Under the pieces are notes generated by a model. The model was given only the letters and a program-made list of their open reading frames with translations, made no database searches and had not been told where the DNA came from. Of a stretch of DNA of 64,000 nt, positions 38,416 through 48,549 are shown piece after piece. Origin of the DNA: an uncultured Verrucomicrobiae bacterium (GTDB taxonomy: Bacteria; Verrucomicrobiota; Verrucomicrobiia; Chthoniobacterales; Chthoniobacteraceae); contig CAVYKI010000009.1 of NCBI GenBank assembly GCA_963769025.1, positions 736,001-800,000 of the forward strand, read 5' to 3'. The translations under genes and the position numbers were made by a program. Each line of letters starts with the position of its first letter. The first letter of the stretch is position 1.

Positions 38416-41400
38416 TTCAGTTCCTCGATGAATGTCAGCAAATCGGCCATCGCCTGCACGTCCATCCCCGCTTCGATGCCCTCGGGCATGAGGCTGAGGC
38501 CGGATGAACTGCTTCCCTTGATCTGATTCCGCGGGATCGTCTGCTCCGCGCCGCCGATCATTTTCAGCGTCAGCCCGCTCGCATCGTCCTTCGTGATGAA
38601 CCCGGTGAACGACTGCCCGTCCTTCGTCTCCACGGTGTAGGCGATGAATTGCGGGGCGACCTCCTTGTTCGGTTCGAGGATCGCCGTGAGGATGCCGTCG
38701 CGTCCCTTCGCCTTCACGGTGATCAAATCCGGCCCGAGCTGGATCCCCTGCTCCCCGATGCGATGGCAAGTCACGCATCGCTGCGCGTAAATCTCGCGCC
38801 CGCGTGAAGCATCGCCCTTCGCCGCGAGCGCAGGTTTGAATTTCGCAATGACCTCCTCGCGCGACGGCGGCCTGAGTTCCGCGAGCACCTTGTCCGCGAG
38901 CTTCGCAACGGACGGATCCTTGTGCTTGAAGAGCGCCTGTGCGTCCGATGCGGCAAGTTCGCCCACCGCGATGCGCTTCGCCTCGATCGCGTTCAGCAGC
39001 ACGGTGGCGCGCTCCGAACGCGCGAGCATCACGGCAAAGGCGGCAGTGCGCGCCTTCTTCGAGAAATCCGGCCAGTGGGTGATGAACGCATCCGTCACCT
39101 CGCTGCCGCCAAACTGCCCGAGCGCGGTGACGCCCGCGGTCTGCACGGGCTCCGGCTGCGATTTTTCAAGGCACGCGAGCAGCGCGGGCACGGCTTGCTT
39201 CGGTTCGTCCAGGCTCACGAGTTGCATCGCCTCGATCCGTGCAGTGTCCGACGCTTTCGCATCGCGCACCGTGGCGGCGGCCGTCGCAAAAACAGCGGCG
39301 AGTTTCTTGTCCGTGTCCACTTTGACGATGGTGGTGCCAGCGCGCCTGAGACCTTCGGCGAACGATCGGATGCATGCTGTGGCAAAGGCAGGTGCGAACT
39401 TCACGCCGGACGTCCGGCTCAGCCCGTCAATCACCGCCTGGCAAGATTCCCGATCATTCGATGCACCGGCCATCCCCGCGAGTTGCACGACGTAACGCTG
39501 CTCGGCTGGAAACGGGAGTGTTCCATGCTGCCTCTTGAATTCGTCTGCAATCATCCACCGCAACCTCGGGGTTAAGCTGCTGAAGACCGCCGCCTGCAAC
39601 ATGGCATCTGCATCTGTCTGAGTCGCAAGATACCGCAGCGCCTGGCCGGGAAACCAATATGCGGATTCACTTCCCATGATCATTACATGATCCTCTTCCT
39701 TCATCTTCAGCTTCTCAAATTCACCGATGAAAAACGCCATCTGCATCCGGACGCGCGGGCTGGGGTCGCGAAACAGTTTTCTGACTCGGTCCCAGATTCT
39801 GTATTCCAATTGGCCTTCAGTGATGAATCGCTCCAGGAGCTTCACTGCGCGTTCACGAACGTGTTCGCTCCCGGCGCTTGTCGCGATAAGCACAATGTTT
39901 TCGCTCAGGGCACCGAGTCCATCGAGCGCACCAAGCGCGTGCAGCTTGGCGACGGAACTCGATGATTCGCTCACAAGCCTTTCGAGCAGCGGCACGGCGG
40001 ACTTGTCCTGCCGCTCGTAGAGCAGCCGCGCGGCGGTGTCGCGCTGCCAGCCGTTCGGATGTTCGAGTGTCTTCACGAGTTCGGCGGTGCTGGCTTTGCT
40101 GAGATCCACGTTCGCACGCCGCTGCCAGCCAGCGCGTTCCGGCTCGAGACGGTAGATTCTTCCTCGGTCGTTGCCGTTGTTCAGATCGAGGTGCTTCTTG
40201 ATTTCGTCGGGGATGCTCCACGGGTGCTCGATGACTTCGCGATACATGTCGATGACGTGCAGGCAGCCGTCGGGCGCATTGGCGAAATTCACCACGCGCA
40301 CCCATGTGTCCTTGCTCGCGGCGAACTCGAAGTTCTGCTCGTCGTCCGGGCGCTTGCCGATGAGCGAGACGCCGTCGGGGTAAATCTTTTTCCGATGCAC
40401 GAGCTGGCCGCCCGCGTCGCCGGTGAAGGTGTTGTTCACGAAGTCATCACCGTACGCGTCGCCGCGATACACGGTGGTGCCGGTCGCGCCGGTGAAGTAG
40501 CCGCTCACGCGTCCCCCGCCCTCGACCACGCCTTTCACCACGCCGGCGACGCGCCAGCGCGTGCGGACGATGCGCCACGGCTCGTCGGGGCTGATGCGGA
40601 AGACTTCCGCCGCGCCGCCGTCCGCGGCGATGCTCTGGCGCGCGATGCGGCATCGAGAAGAACGGATTCCGCGCTGCATAGCGGTCGTCGTAGACGAAGT
40701 ACTGGAGGTGGTCGGAATTGCTGCACGCGAACTTGCGCCCGTAGTTGTCGAAGCTCATGCCGTACTGCGCGCCGCCTGCTTCGAGTCCGAATTCGTACGT
40801 GCGCGGGTCGAACCAGAAATCCTTCCCTCCGAGTTCGACGCCCTTGAGATCGGGCCGCTTCAGGCACGTCATCACGCCGCGATTTCCGCCACCGGCCTGG
40901 ATGTGGATGCGGTTGTCCAGCCCCCACTGCGGGCAGTTCGCGAGGCCCTGCACGTTCAGCAATTTCAGCCCGCTGCCCAAGCCCGGTGAATACGACCTCG
41001 CGCACGTCCGCCTTTCCGTCGCCGTCGGTGTCCTTGAAAAAATAGACATCCGGCGTGGCGATGACGTAGATGCCGCCGTTCGCGCAGATGATGCCGGTGG
41101 GCCACGGCAGATCGTCGGCGAAGACGGTGCTCGTCTCGTAGTGGCCGTCGCCGTCCTTGTCCTCGAGCATCGAGACGCGGCCGAGGTGCGGCGTCACATC
41201 GCGCATCTCCGAGTAGTCGATCATCTCGACGACGAACATGCGGCCGCGCTCGTCGAAGCGACACGGCGATCGGACTGCGCACCTGCGGCTCGTGTGCCGC
41301 GAGCTTCAGGCGGAAGCCGGGCTTCACCTTCCAAGTCGCGATCGCGTCCTTCGGCTCGACCGCCGGATAGCGCGGCAAGTCCTTCGCCGGATCCACTGCC

Positions 41401-41555
41401 ACCTCACCCTTCGTCGCGCCGTAGGCCTTGGAGTAGGTGCTCTTGCTTTGCAACGCATCCGCCGCATCAGAAACTCCGCACGCGAAAATCACTCCGGTGA
41501 GAAATTTTGCGAACTGCTTTGGAAGGATGAGGAACGGAGGGAGCGGAAAGTTCAT
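38412..41555 (-). CDS. PVC-type heme-binding CxxCH protein (propeller + HEAT + cytochrome c); three apparent +1 frameshifts (~41261, ~40978, ~40650)
   Basis: AAHEPQVRSP, FVVEMIDY, FDNYGRKF, DMYREVIEHP, RGRIYR, HEAT-like repeats, CVTCH and SLMPEG motifs. Confidence 0.9.
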
Positions 41556-41658
41556 CGGGAGGATCGCTTCTGGGTGAATACAGGATGTCCGGCGGTTCTT
41601 TGAAGTGCCGTCCCCGGTGGATCACCGCAAGACGGTGATGCCAAAGGCAGGATGCGGA

Positions 41659-41680
41659 TTTACACTTGCTTCACATTTTT
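41659..41680. promoter_or_regulatory. Putative OmpR-family binding box TTTAC-N6-TTCAC
   Basis: TTTACACTTGCTTCACATTTTT about 100 nt upstream of the EF-hand gene. Confidence 0.45.
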
Positions 41681-41782
41681 CAATGGAACTCCCGGCACTA
41701 CCCCGGGTTTCTCCTCCCCGCCACTGCCTTGCAGTCGGCGACAGCAAACTAGAACGTCAACAAAATCAACAACCCCACAGCC

Positions 41783-42592
41783 ATGAAAAACCGAACAGCC
41801 ATCATCGCCCTCGCGCTCGCCTTGCCCGCGGGCTTCGCGAATGCACAGCCGCCCGAGGGCCGCCCACCGCTCCCTCCGGGCGACGAGCGCGTGCGCCCTC
41901 CATTCCCGCCAGGCGAAGTCAGCCGCGGCGAACGACCCCCGCCACCACCGATCATCGGCGCCCTCGATAAGAACGGCGACGGAGTCGTGTCCGAGGATGA
42001 AATCGCCGGCGCGGCAGAAGCGCTGCGCAAGCTCGACCGGAACAGCGACGGCAAGCTGACCATGGACGAGTTGCTACCTCCGCCGCGTCGCGACATGCGC
42101 GGCGAAGGCAACCGCCCTCCCGGCCCGCCACGTGAAGGCGACGGACCCGGCCGCTTCCGTCCGCCGGGGGATGCCCCGCGTGATGGTTTCGTCCCTCCGG
42201 GCCCGCCGCGTGATGGAGAGCGCCCACGCAATGCCGACCGCCCGCCAGATGGGGAATTCCGCCGTGAAGCGGCCCGTCCCCGCGATGGCGAACGGCCCTT
42301 CGATGCCGAGCGTCCACGTGATGGAGAGCGTCCCCGCAATGCCGAACGTCCGCGCGACGGCGAAACCCGCCGCGAAGCAGACCGTCCGCGCGACGGGGAG
42401 AAGCCGCGTGAAGGCGCGCGTCCAGACGGCGCCCCGCGCGGCGATGCTCCCCGCGAGGGTGCGCGCCCCGAGGGTGAGCCGCGCGGCGAACGCCGCGAAG
42501 CGCCCCGTGGCGAGGAGCCGCGCAGGGAGCGCCCTGCTGGCGACGCACCCCGCCCGGAAGGCGAGCCCCGCCGTCCCAATCCGGAAAGCTAA
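41783..42592 (+). CDS. Secreted EF-hand protein with long Pro/Arg/Asp/Glu/Gly repeat tail
   Basis: Signal peptide, ALDKNGDGVVSEDE and LDRNSDGKLTMDE EF-hands, then PRDGE repeats. Confidence 0.85.
   Translation: MKNRTAIIALALALPAGFANAQPPEGRPPLPPGDERVRPPFPPGEVSRGERPPPPPIIGALDKNGDGVVSEDEIAGAAEALRKLDRNSDGKLTMDELLPPPRRDMRGEGNRPPGPPREGDGPGRFRPPGDAPRDGFVPPGPPRDGERPRNADRPPDGEFRREAARPRDGERPFDAERPRDGERPRNAERPRDGETRREADRPRDGEKPREGARPDGAPRGDAPREGARPEGEPRGERREAPRGEEPRRERPAGDAPRPEGEPRRPNPES
42206..42421 (+). repeat. Six tandem 36-nt (12-aa) coding repeats, consensus PRDGExxRxAxR
   Basis: PRDGERPRNADR / PPDGEFRREAAR / PRDGERPFDAER / PRDGERPRNAER / PRDGETRREADR / PRDGEKPREGAR. Confidence 0.85.
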
Positions 42593-42608
42593 CATCGCCT
42601 GAATCCAC

Positions 42609-42656
42609 AAGCCCGGCGTCGGCGCAGTTCGCTGCGAAGACGCCGGGTTTCTTTTT
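42609..42656 (+). terminator. Rho-independent terminator
   Basis: AAGCCCGGCGTC...GACGCCGGGTTT outer stem, inner CGCAG-TTCG-CTGCG hairpin, followed by a T-tract. Confidence 0.85.
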
Positions 42657-42747
42657 AAGGACGAAGGATGAAGGTCGAAGGTTGAAGGAAGGGAAAGACG
42701 CTGTTCTTTGTCCTTCGTCCTTCAGCCTTCAGCCTTCACCCTTTCCC
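42657..42747. repeat. Inverted array of heptamer repeats (GAAGGNN)n ... (CCTTCNN)n
   Basis: AAGGAC GAAGGAT GAAGGTC GAAGGTT GAAGGAA ... CCTTCGT CCTTCAG CCTTCAG CCTTCAC CCTTTCC. Confidence 0.85.
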
Positions 42748-42750
42748 ACC

Positions 42751-43999
42751 ATGTTCCCACAACTCGCCCTCCGCATCCTCCGCACGACCGACCCGCGGCT
42801 GCTCGGCAAGTTCATGTGGAACTTCGGCGTGAAGGGCCTGCTCTCCGTCGAGAAATTCAAGCGCCGCATCAAACGCGGCGAATACTTCCCGCCCTTCCTC
42901 TACCTCTCGATTCTGAACTCCTGCAACCTGCGCTGCCAGGGCTGCTGGGTGGACGTGGAGGCCGAGCGCACACGAGATCGACCTCGACACGCTGAACCGC
43001 ACCATCACCGACGCGAAGGCGCACGGGAACGCGTTCTTCGGCATCCTCGGCGGCGAGCCGTTCATGCACCCGGAGCTGCTCGACCTCCTCGCTGCGCACC
43101 CGGACTGCTACTTTCAGGTCTTCACGAACGGCCAGTTCATCACGGAGAAAATCGCGAAGCGCCTGCGGCAGGTCGGCAATGCCACGCCGCTCATCAGCAT
43201 CGAGGGCCGCGAAGTCGTGAGCGACGAGCGCCGCGGAAAAAAGGAAGTCTTCACGCGCACCATGCGCGGACTGCAAAACTGCCTGCGCGAACGCATCCTC
43301 ACCGGCGTCGCGACGAGCGTGTGCCAGACGAACATCGACGAACTCTGCAGCGAGGAATGGCTGCGCGAACTCATCGACATCGGCGCGCACTACGTGTGGT
43401 TCCACACCTACCGGCCCGTCGGTCCGAAGATGAATCCCGCGCTCGCCCTGCGGCCCGAGCAACTCGTGCGCGTGCGGCGTTTCGTCGTCGAGATGCGCGC
43501 GAAGATGCCCATCGCCATCGTGGACGCCTACTACGATCACCGCGGCCAGGCGCTGTGCCCGATGAGCAACGGCATCTCGCATCACGTCAGTCCGAAAGGC
43601 GACATCGAGCCGTGCCCGATCATCCAGTTTGCCAAGGAAAACATCCGCGACGAACGCGGCGTCTTCGCCACGATGCGCGACAGCGCTTTCCTCAAGGACT
43701 TCCGCGACATCAGCGCGCAGCACACCCGCGGCTGCGTCGTCCTCGAGCGCCCCGACCTCGTGAAGCAGATCGTCGTGAAGCACGGCGCGCGCGACACGAC
43801 CATCCGCGGCACCGCGATGGCCGAACTCGAAGCGATGAAGCCGCGCTTCTCCCAATGGCTCCCCGGCGAGGAAATCCCCGAGCAGCACTGGATGTATCGC
43901 TGGGCGAAAAAATTCTGGTTCAACGATTTCGGCGCCTACGCCGAGGCCGACCATGACGGGACGGCAGCGGCGAAGGCGAGGGCGCTGGCAGCGAATTGA
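42751..43999 (+). CDS. Radical SAM protein with SPASM/Twitch-like C-terminus (apparent +1 frameshift ~42970)
   Basis: CNLRCQGC, GGEPF, FTNG and CPMSNG...GDIEPCP motifs. Confidence 0.9.
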
Positions 44000-44031
44000 G
44001 TTTTGAGCGTTGAGAGTCGAGTGTTCCGCCT

Positions 44032-44247
44032 GTGAAGCAGTGCCCGAAATGCTCCAAACTCGTCTCGGACGATTCTTTCCTCTGCAACTGCGGATATGAG
44101 TTTGATGAGCTTCCTCCCGAACTGCGGGAATCGGGATCGTTCTTGAAGTGGTCCTTTCAAACGCTTGGCTGCGCCGTGCTGATTGTTCTCGGCGTCGGTT
44201 CCATCCTCCTTTCGTTCGTCTTTTCAAAGTGCGCCCGCCGTTTCTGA
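44032..44247 (+). CDS. Small zinc-ribbon membrane protein (hypothetical)
   Basis: CPKC...CNCGYEF N-terminus and one C-terminal TM helix; GTG start. Confidence 0.6.
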   Translation: MKQCPKCSKLVSDDSFLCNCGYEFDELPPELRESGSFLKWSFQTLGCAVLIVLGVGSILLSFVFSKCARRF

Positions 44248-44306
44248 ATCGTAAATGCGCGGAGCAAAGATTCGACTCCCCCACCCTGGCGCGGTATTTC
44301 CGCGGC

Positions 44307-45368
44307 ATGTTCACCCGCCGCCATTTCCTCGCCACGTTGTCCGCCGCCGTCGTCACCGCGCCGATGTTCACGCGGGCGGCACAGCCGAAAATCAAACTCG
44401 GCTTCGACAACTTCGCGGTGCGCGCGATGGGCTGGAAAGCTCCGCAACTCCTCGACCACGCGGCTTCGCTCAAGTGCGATGCGCTCTTCATCAGCGACAT
44501 CGATTCCTACGACTCGATCGAGAATTCTGCGCTCGCCGACGTGCGCAAGAAGGCCGCCGACCTCGGCATCGATCTCTACGCCGGCGGCTGGAGCATCTGC
44601 CCGACGAGCGTCCGCTTTAAGGACAAATGGGGAACCGCCGAGGAGCACCTGCGCACGGGCATCCGCATCGCCAAGGCGCTCGGGTCGCCCGTGTATCGCG
44701 TCATCCTCGGCGCCGCGGACGACCGGAAGACGCCCGGCGGCATCCGCGCGCGCATCGCCGACACCGTGGCCGTGCTGAAGGCGTGCCGCTCCGCAGCGAT
44801 GGATGCCGGCGTGAAGGTGGCCGTCGAAAACCACGCAGGCGACATGCACTCGTGGGAACTGCGCGATCTCGTCGAGGAGGCCGGCAAGGATTTTGTCGGC
44901 GTGAACATTGATACGGGAAACGGGGCGTGGACGCTCGAAGACCCGATGGACGTACTGGAGAACCTCGGCAAATACACCATCTGCTCCAGCCTGCGAGACA
45001 ACATGATCTGGGAGACGGAGGACGGCGCAAGCATCGCGTGGACCGCCGCAGGTGAGGGCCTCATCGACTGGAAAAAATTCGCCGCACGCTGGGCCGAGCT
45101 TTGCCCTCAAGTCCCCATCATGATCGAGACGATCTCCGGCTTTGCGAAAAACTTCCCGTACAAGAAACCCGAGTTCTGGACGAACTACGACAAGCGCCCC
45201 GAGGCCCTCGCGCGTTTCGAAGCCCTCGCGAAGCGCGGCAAGCCGCTCCCTCCTTTCAAGGCCGAAGGCCCGGACAAAAAACTCGCCGATCAGGAATACC
45301 AGAAGGCCGAACTCGCGCGCTCGATCAGATACCTCCGCGAGGTCATCGGCCTCGGCGTGAAGGCCTGA
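44307..45368 (+). CDS. Sugar phosphate isomerase/epimerase (xylose isomerase-like TIM barrel), Tat leader
   Basis: TRRHFL, AVENHAGD, NIDTGN, GEGLIDW and IETISG motifs. Confidence 0.88.
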   Translation: MFTRRHFLATLSAAVVTAPMFTRAAQPKIKLGFDNFAVRAMGWKAPQLLDHAASLKCDALFISDIDSYDSIENSALADVRKKAADLGIDLYAGGWSICPTSVRFKDKWGTAEEHLRTGIRIAKALGSPVYRVILGAADDRKTPGGIRARIADTVAVLKACRSAAMDAGVKVAVENHAGDMHSWELRDLVEEAGKDFVGVNIDTGNGAWTLEDPMDVLENLGKYTICSSLRDNMIWETEDGASIAWTAAGEGLIDWKKFAARWAELCPQVPIMIETISGFAKNFPYKKPEFWTNYDKRPEALARFEALAKRGKPLPPFKAEGPDKKLADQEYQKAELARSIRYLREVIGLGVKA

Positions 45369-45379
45369 ACATTTCGCCG

Positions 45380-46841
45380 CTACGCGAGTACGCCTTTCAC
45401 CACCCTGCCCTCGACATCGGTGAGCCGGTATTGCCGGCCTTGGAAGCGGAACGTGAGCCGCTCGTGGTCGATGCCGAGCAGGTGCAGCACCGTCGCCTGG
45501 AAGTCGTGGACGTGGACCGGCTGCTCGACCGCGTTGAAGGCAAACTCATCGCTCTCGCCGTAGCTGATGCCCGGCTTGATGCCGCCGCCCGCCATCCAGA
45601 TCGTGAACGCATACGGATGATGGTCGCGGCCCCACTGCGCGCGGTTCGCGATGTCGCCCTGGATGAATGGCGTGCGTCCAAATTCGCCGCCCCAGATCAC
45701 GAGCGTGTCGTCGAGCAGCCCGCGCGGCCTTGAGGTCCTTCACGAGCGCGGCGCGCGGGCTGATCGGTGTCGCGGCACTGGATTTCAAATTGCGTCGAGA
45801 GATTGCGATGATGATCCCATCCCGCGTGCAGGAGCTGCACGAAGCGGACGCCGCGCTCGGCGAGCCGGCGCGCCATGAGGCAGTTGTAGGCGAACGATCC
45901 CGGGCGCTTCACGTCGGGACCATACATCTCCAGCACTCCGGCGGGCTCCTTTGAAAAGTCCGTCAGTTCCGGCACGCTCGCCTGCATCTTGTAGGCCATC
46001 TCGTACTGCGCGATGCGCGTGACGATCTCCGGGTCGCCGAATTCCGCGAAGTGCCGCTCGTTGAGCTTCGCGAGATCGTCGAGCAGCCCGCGCCGCACTT
46101 CGCGCGACACGCCGTCGGGATTCGAGAGATAGAGCACGGGGTCGCCGCCGCCGCGGAATTTCACGCCCTGATATTTCGACGGCAGAAAGCCGCTCGCCCA
46201 GTAGAAGTCGTAGAAAATCTGCCCGCAGATCGCCTCCTTGTCGCGCGAGGTCATGACGACAAAGCCCGGCAGGTCGCTGCCCTCGCTGCCGAGGCCGTAG
46301 GTCGTCCACGCGCCCATGCTCGGGCGGCCCGGCATCTCCGAGCCGGTGAGGAAAAAGGTGATCGCCGGCGCGTGGTTCACCGCGCCCGTGTGCATGGACT
46401 TGATGAAGCACACGTCGTCCACGATGCCCGCCGTGTGCGGCAGAAAATCGCACACCCACGCGCCGCTCTTCCCGTGCTGCTGGAAATCTCGTGAACGGCG
46501 GCAGCACGAGCTTCTTCGCCTTCTCCGTCATCGTCGAGAGCCGCTGGTTTTTGTGGACGCTCTCGGGGATTTCCTTCCCGCTCCACTTCGCCAGTCTCCG
46601 GCTTGTAGTCGAACATGTCCACATGCGGCGGCCCTCCATTGTGCAGCAGGTAGATCACGCGCTTCGCCTTCGGCGCAAAATGCGGCAGCCCCGGCAATCC
46701 GCCCGCGCCCGCGACGGCCCCGGCAAAAGCATCCGGCTTCATCAACGAAGCGAGCGCCGCCCCGCCGATCCCGAGCGCACCCTTCGCGAAAAACTGGCGT
46801 CGCGTAAGAAATGCGGCGCGGTCTGTGAGCGGGGAGTTCAT
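45380..46841 (-). CDS. DUF1501 domain protein (four apparent +1 frameshifts, ~46596, ~46483, ~45756, ~45728)
   Basis: [37 protein letters not shown] and GRDHHP across shifted frames. Confidence 0.88.
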
Positions 46842-46875
46842 GGATGGTCAGAGGTTCGCAGTGGAGTGCTGATGC

Positions 46876-47175
46876 TTATTCGATTTCGGGAGTTCCGCGC
46901 GCGCCATGCCAGAACCGGGCCACGTCAACCCGGCAGTCGGCGTGATCCACTCGGTAGATGACGCGGTAGGAGCGGACGACGATTTCACGGAGCGACGGAT
47001 CGCCGAACTCCGGGACGATGCGCCCCAACTCGGGAAAATCCGCGAGACGCTTGACGCTGCTGACGAGAAGCTGGCCGAAGGCGAGGGCGCGCTCCGGTGA
47101 GTCCAGCGAGATGTATCGAACGATGTCCCGGAGGTCACGACGTGCGGACGGCGAAAGCGCTACCTGATAACCCAT
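46876..47175 (-). CDS. Type II toxin, RelE/ParE family
   Basis: SPSARRDLRDIVRYISLDSP, FPELGRIVPE, YRVIYRV and FWHGAR motifs. Confidence 0.9.
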   Translation of the reverse strand: MGYQVALSPSARRDLRDIVRYISLDSPERALAFGQLLVSSVKRLADFPELGRIVPEFGDPSLREIVVRSYRVIYRVDHADCRVDVARFWHGARGTPEIE

Positions 47176-47345
47176 GACGGCAGTTCGCGCTCGATCTCCT
47201 CGATAGGAATGCGCTCGCCGCGCTCGATCTCCGCAACGCCCTGGCGCACCGCCGCCACAAATTCGATCTCCCTCGCGACATCGTGCAGGGAGACATCATC
47301 GGGCAGTTTCTGGAGCAGATCCTGGACGATTTGCTTGGTGCTCAT
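47160..47345 (-). CDS. Cognate antitoxin (small acidic addiction-module protein)
   Basis: 61 aa (KQIVQDLLQKLPDDVSL..., GVAEIERGERIPIEEI), upstream of and overlapping the toxin. Confidence 0.8.
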   Translation of the reverse strand: MSTKQIVQDLLQKLPDDVSLHDVAREIEFVAAVRQGVAEIERGERIPIEEIERELPSWVIR

Positions 47346-47423
47346 GGCGGCAGAGTGCCACGGACGCGGCGCTTCGACAAGGGGAACGAGGCAGAGACTG
47401 GCCGCCCTCGTCCGGCAGGAGCT

Positions 47424-47612
47424 TCACGCGGCGGCGGTGCACAGCTTGCGTTCACGATCGGCGGCGAATGGGAGGCGCGCCTGGATGTCCTCACGGGTCA
47501 GTTCGGTGAAATTGGCGGGAATCCCGTCCTCAGTCATCCCGGAAGCCAGAGACTCCCGGACATCCTGGACGGTGATGCGCATCCCCCGGATGCACGGCTT
47601 GCCCCTGCGCTG
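47424..47612 (-). pseudogene. DUF433 antitoxin-like remnant, 5'-truncated
   Basis: RGKPCIRGMRITVQDV...LASGMT...LTREDIQA..FAADRE; lacks the usual N-terminus. Confidence 0.75.
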
Positions 47613-47665
47613 AGGCAATCATCAGTCCCCTCGTTTCCTTTGGCTTGCCCTGAGCATCCGATGCT

Positions 47666-48513
47666 TCACTGAAACGAACTCCGTATCTCAACCCTCGAAT
47701 CACCCCACCGGAACTTCTCGAAATAGACCGTGCCGTCGGTCTTGCCAGACGGAATGGTGAACGTTCCCTTGAAAGTCTGACGGCGTCCCACCTTGTTCGG
47801 TGAAAGCAACCGGCGGTCTAGAACCTCAATGAAAGTCACTTCATAGCCGTAGGTTCCGGCGGTACCTTTGCCATCATCCCCGACGAAAACGGTGAGATAA
47901 GAGGTCCCGTCATCCTTTGCTTCCCATGCTTTGGCTTTGCTGCAGTCGCCTGGGCTTTCATCCGTTTGCCGATCCAATGGAGCGCCTGATCACGACACGT
48001 TGAAAACACGGATCGCGTTCATGCCAGCGCCATCAAATTTGAGGTGAACGCTCTTCCCGCTCGTTGCCGGATTGTTCGGCGAAGCCCTGACGGCGGAACT
48101 CGTGCTGGCTGTCGCACTGCTTGCTTGTTCAGCCGCATGCTTGGCCCGTGCCGCACCCACCATCGCCTGCCGTTGCTGCGAGACCATGCCGTCAATGCGA
48201 CTGCGCGCCTCGTCTATCTCCCCCTGCGTCATCTTCCCCTGTGCGACCGCCGCTTTCAGCGCGGCTTCCGCGCCGTCGGGGTCGCCCTCGCGGAGCGCCG
48301 CGTTCATTTGCTCCAGAAACGTCCCTGCCCGCTGCCCGGCGCGCTGCTGCACCTTCTTCCTCATAGCCCACAGGCGCGAGCTTTGGTCATCCTGCGCGGG
48401 AGCGGCGGCTGGTTTGGCCGGCGCGGGCGCTTCGTCGCTGGCGATGGCGGGCGGGATGACAGCCAGCGGGGCCAGGGTGAATGCGACGGATACGGCGAAA
48501 AGGAATGTCGCAT
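47666..48513 (-). pseudogene. Secreted hypothetical protein interrupted by an in-frame TGA (47990-47992)
   Basis: Signal-like FAVSVAFTLAPLAVIPPAIAS, helical N-half; the 47666-47977 ORF continues in the same frame after the TGA. No in-frame ATG at the 5' end. Confidence 0.5.
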
Positions 48514-48549
48514 GGCGCGTGACCTTTAGCGCATGAGCACCGGATGAGT

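Noticed and set aside
42206..42421. 36-nt periodic repeats as a possible CRISPR array
   Set aside because: They are in-frame coding repeats without unique spacers, and no cas genes are present.
45380..46841. DUF1501 and other split genes as true pseudogenes or programmed frameshifts
   Set aside because: All breaks are single-base insertions without nonsense codons or shared slippery sites, which fits sequencing error.
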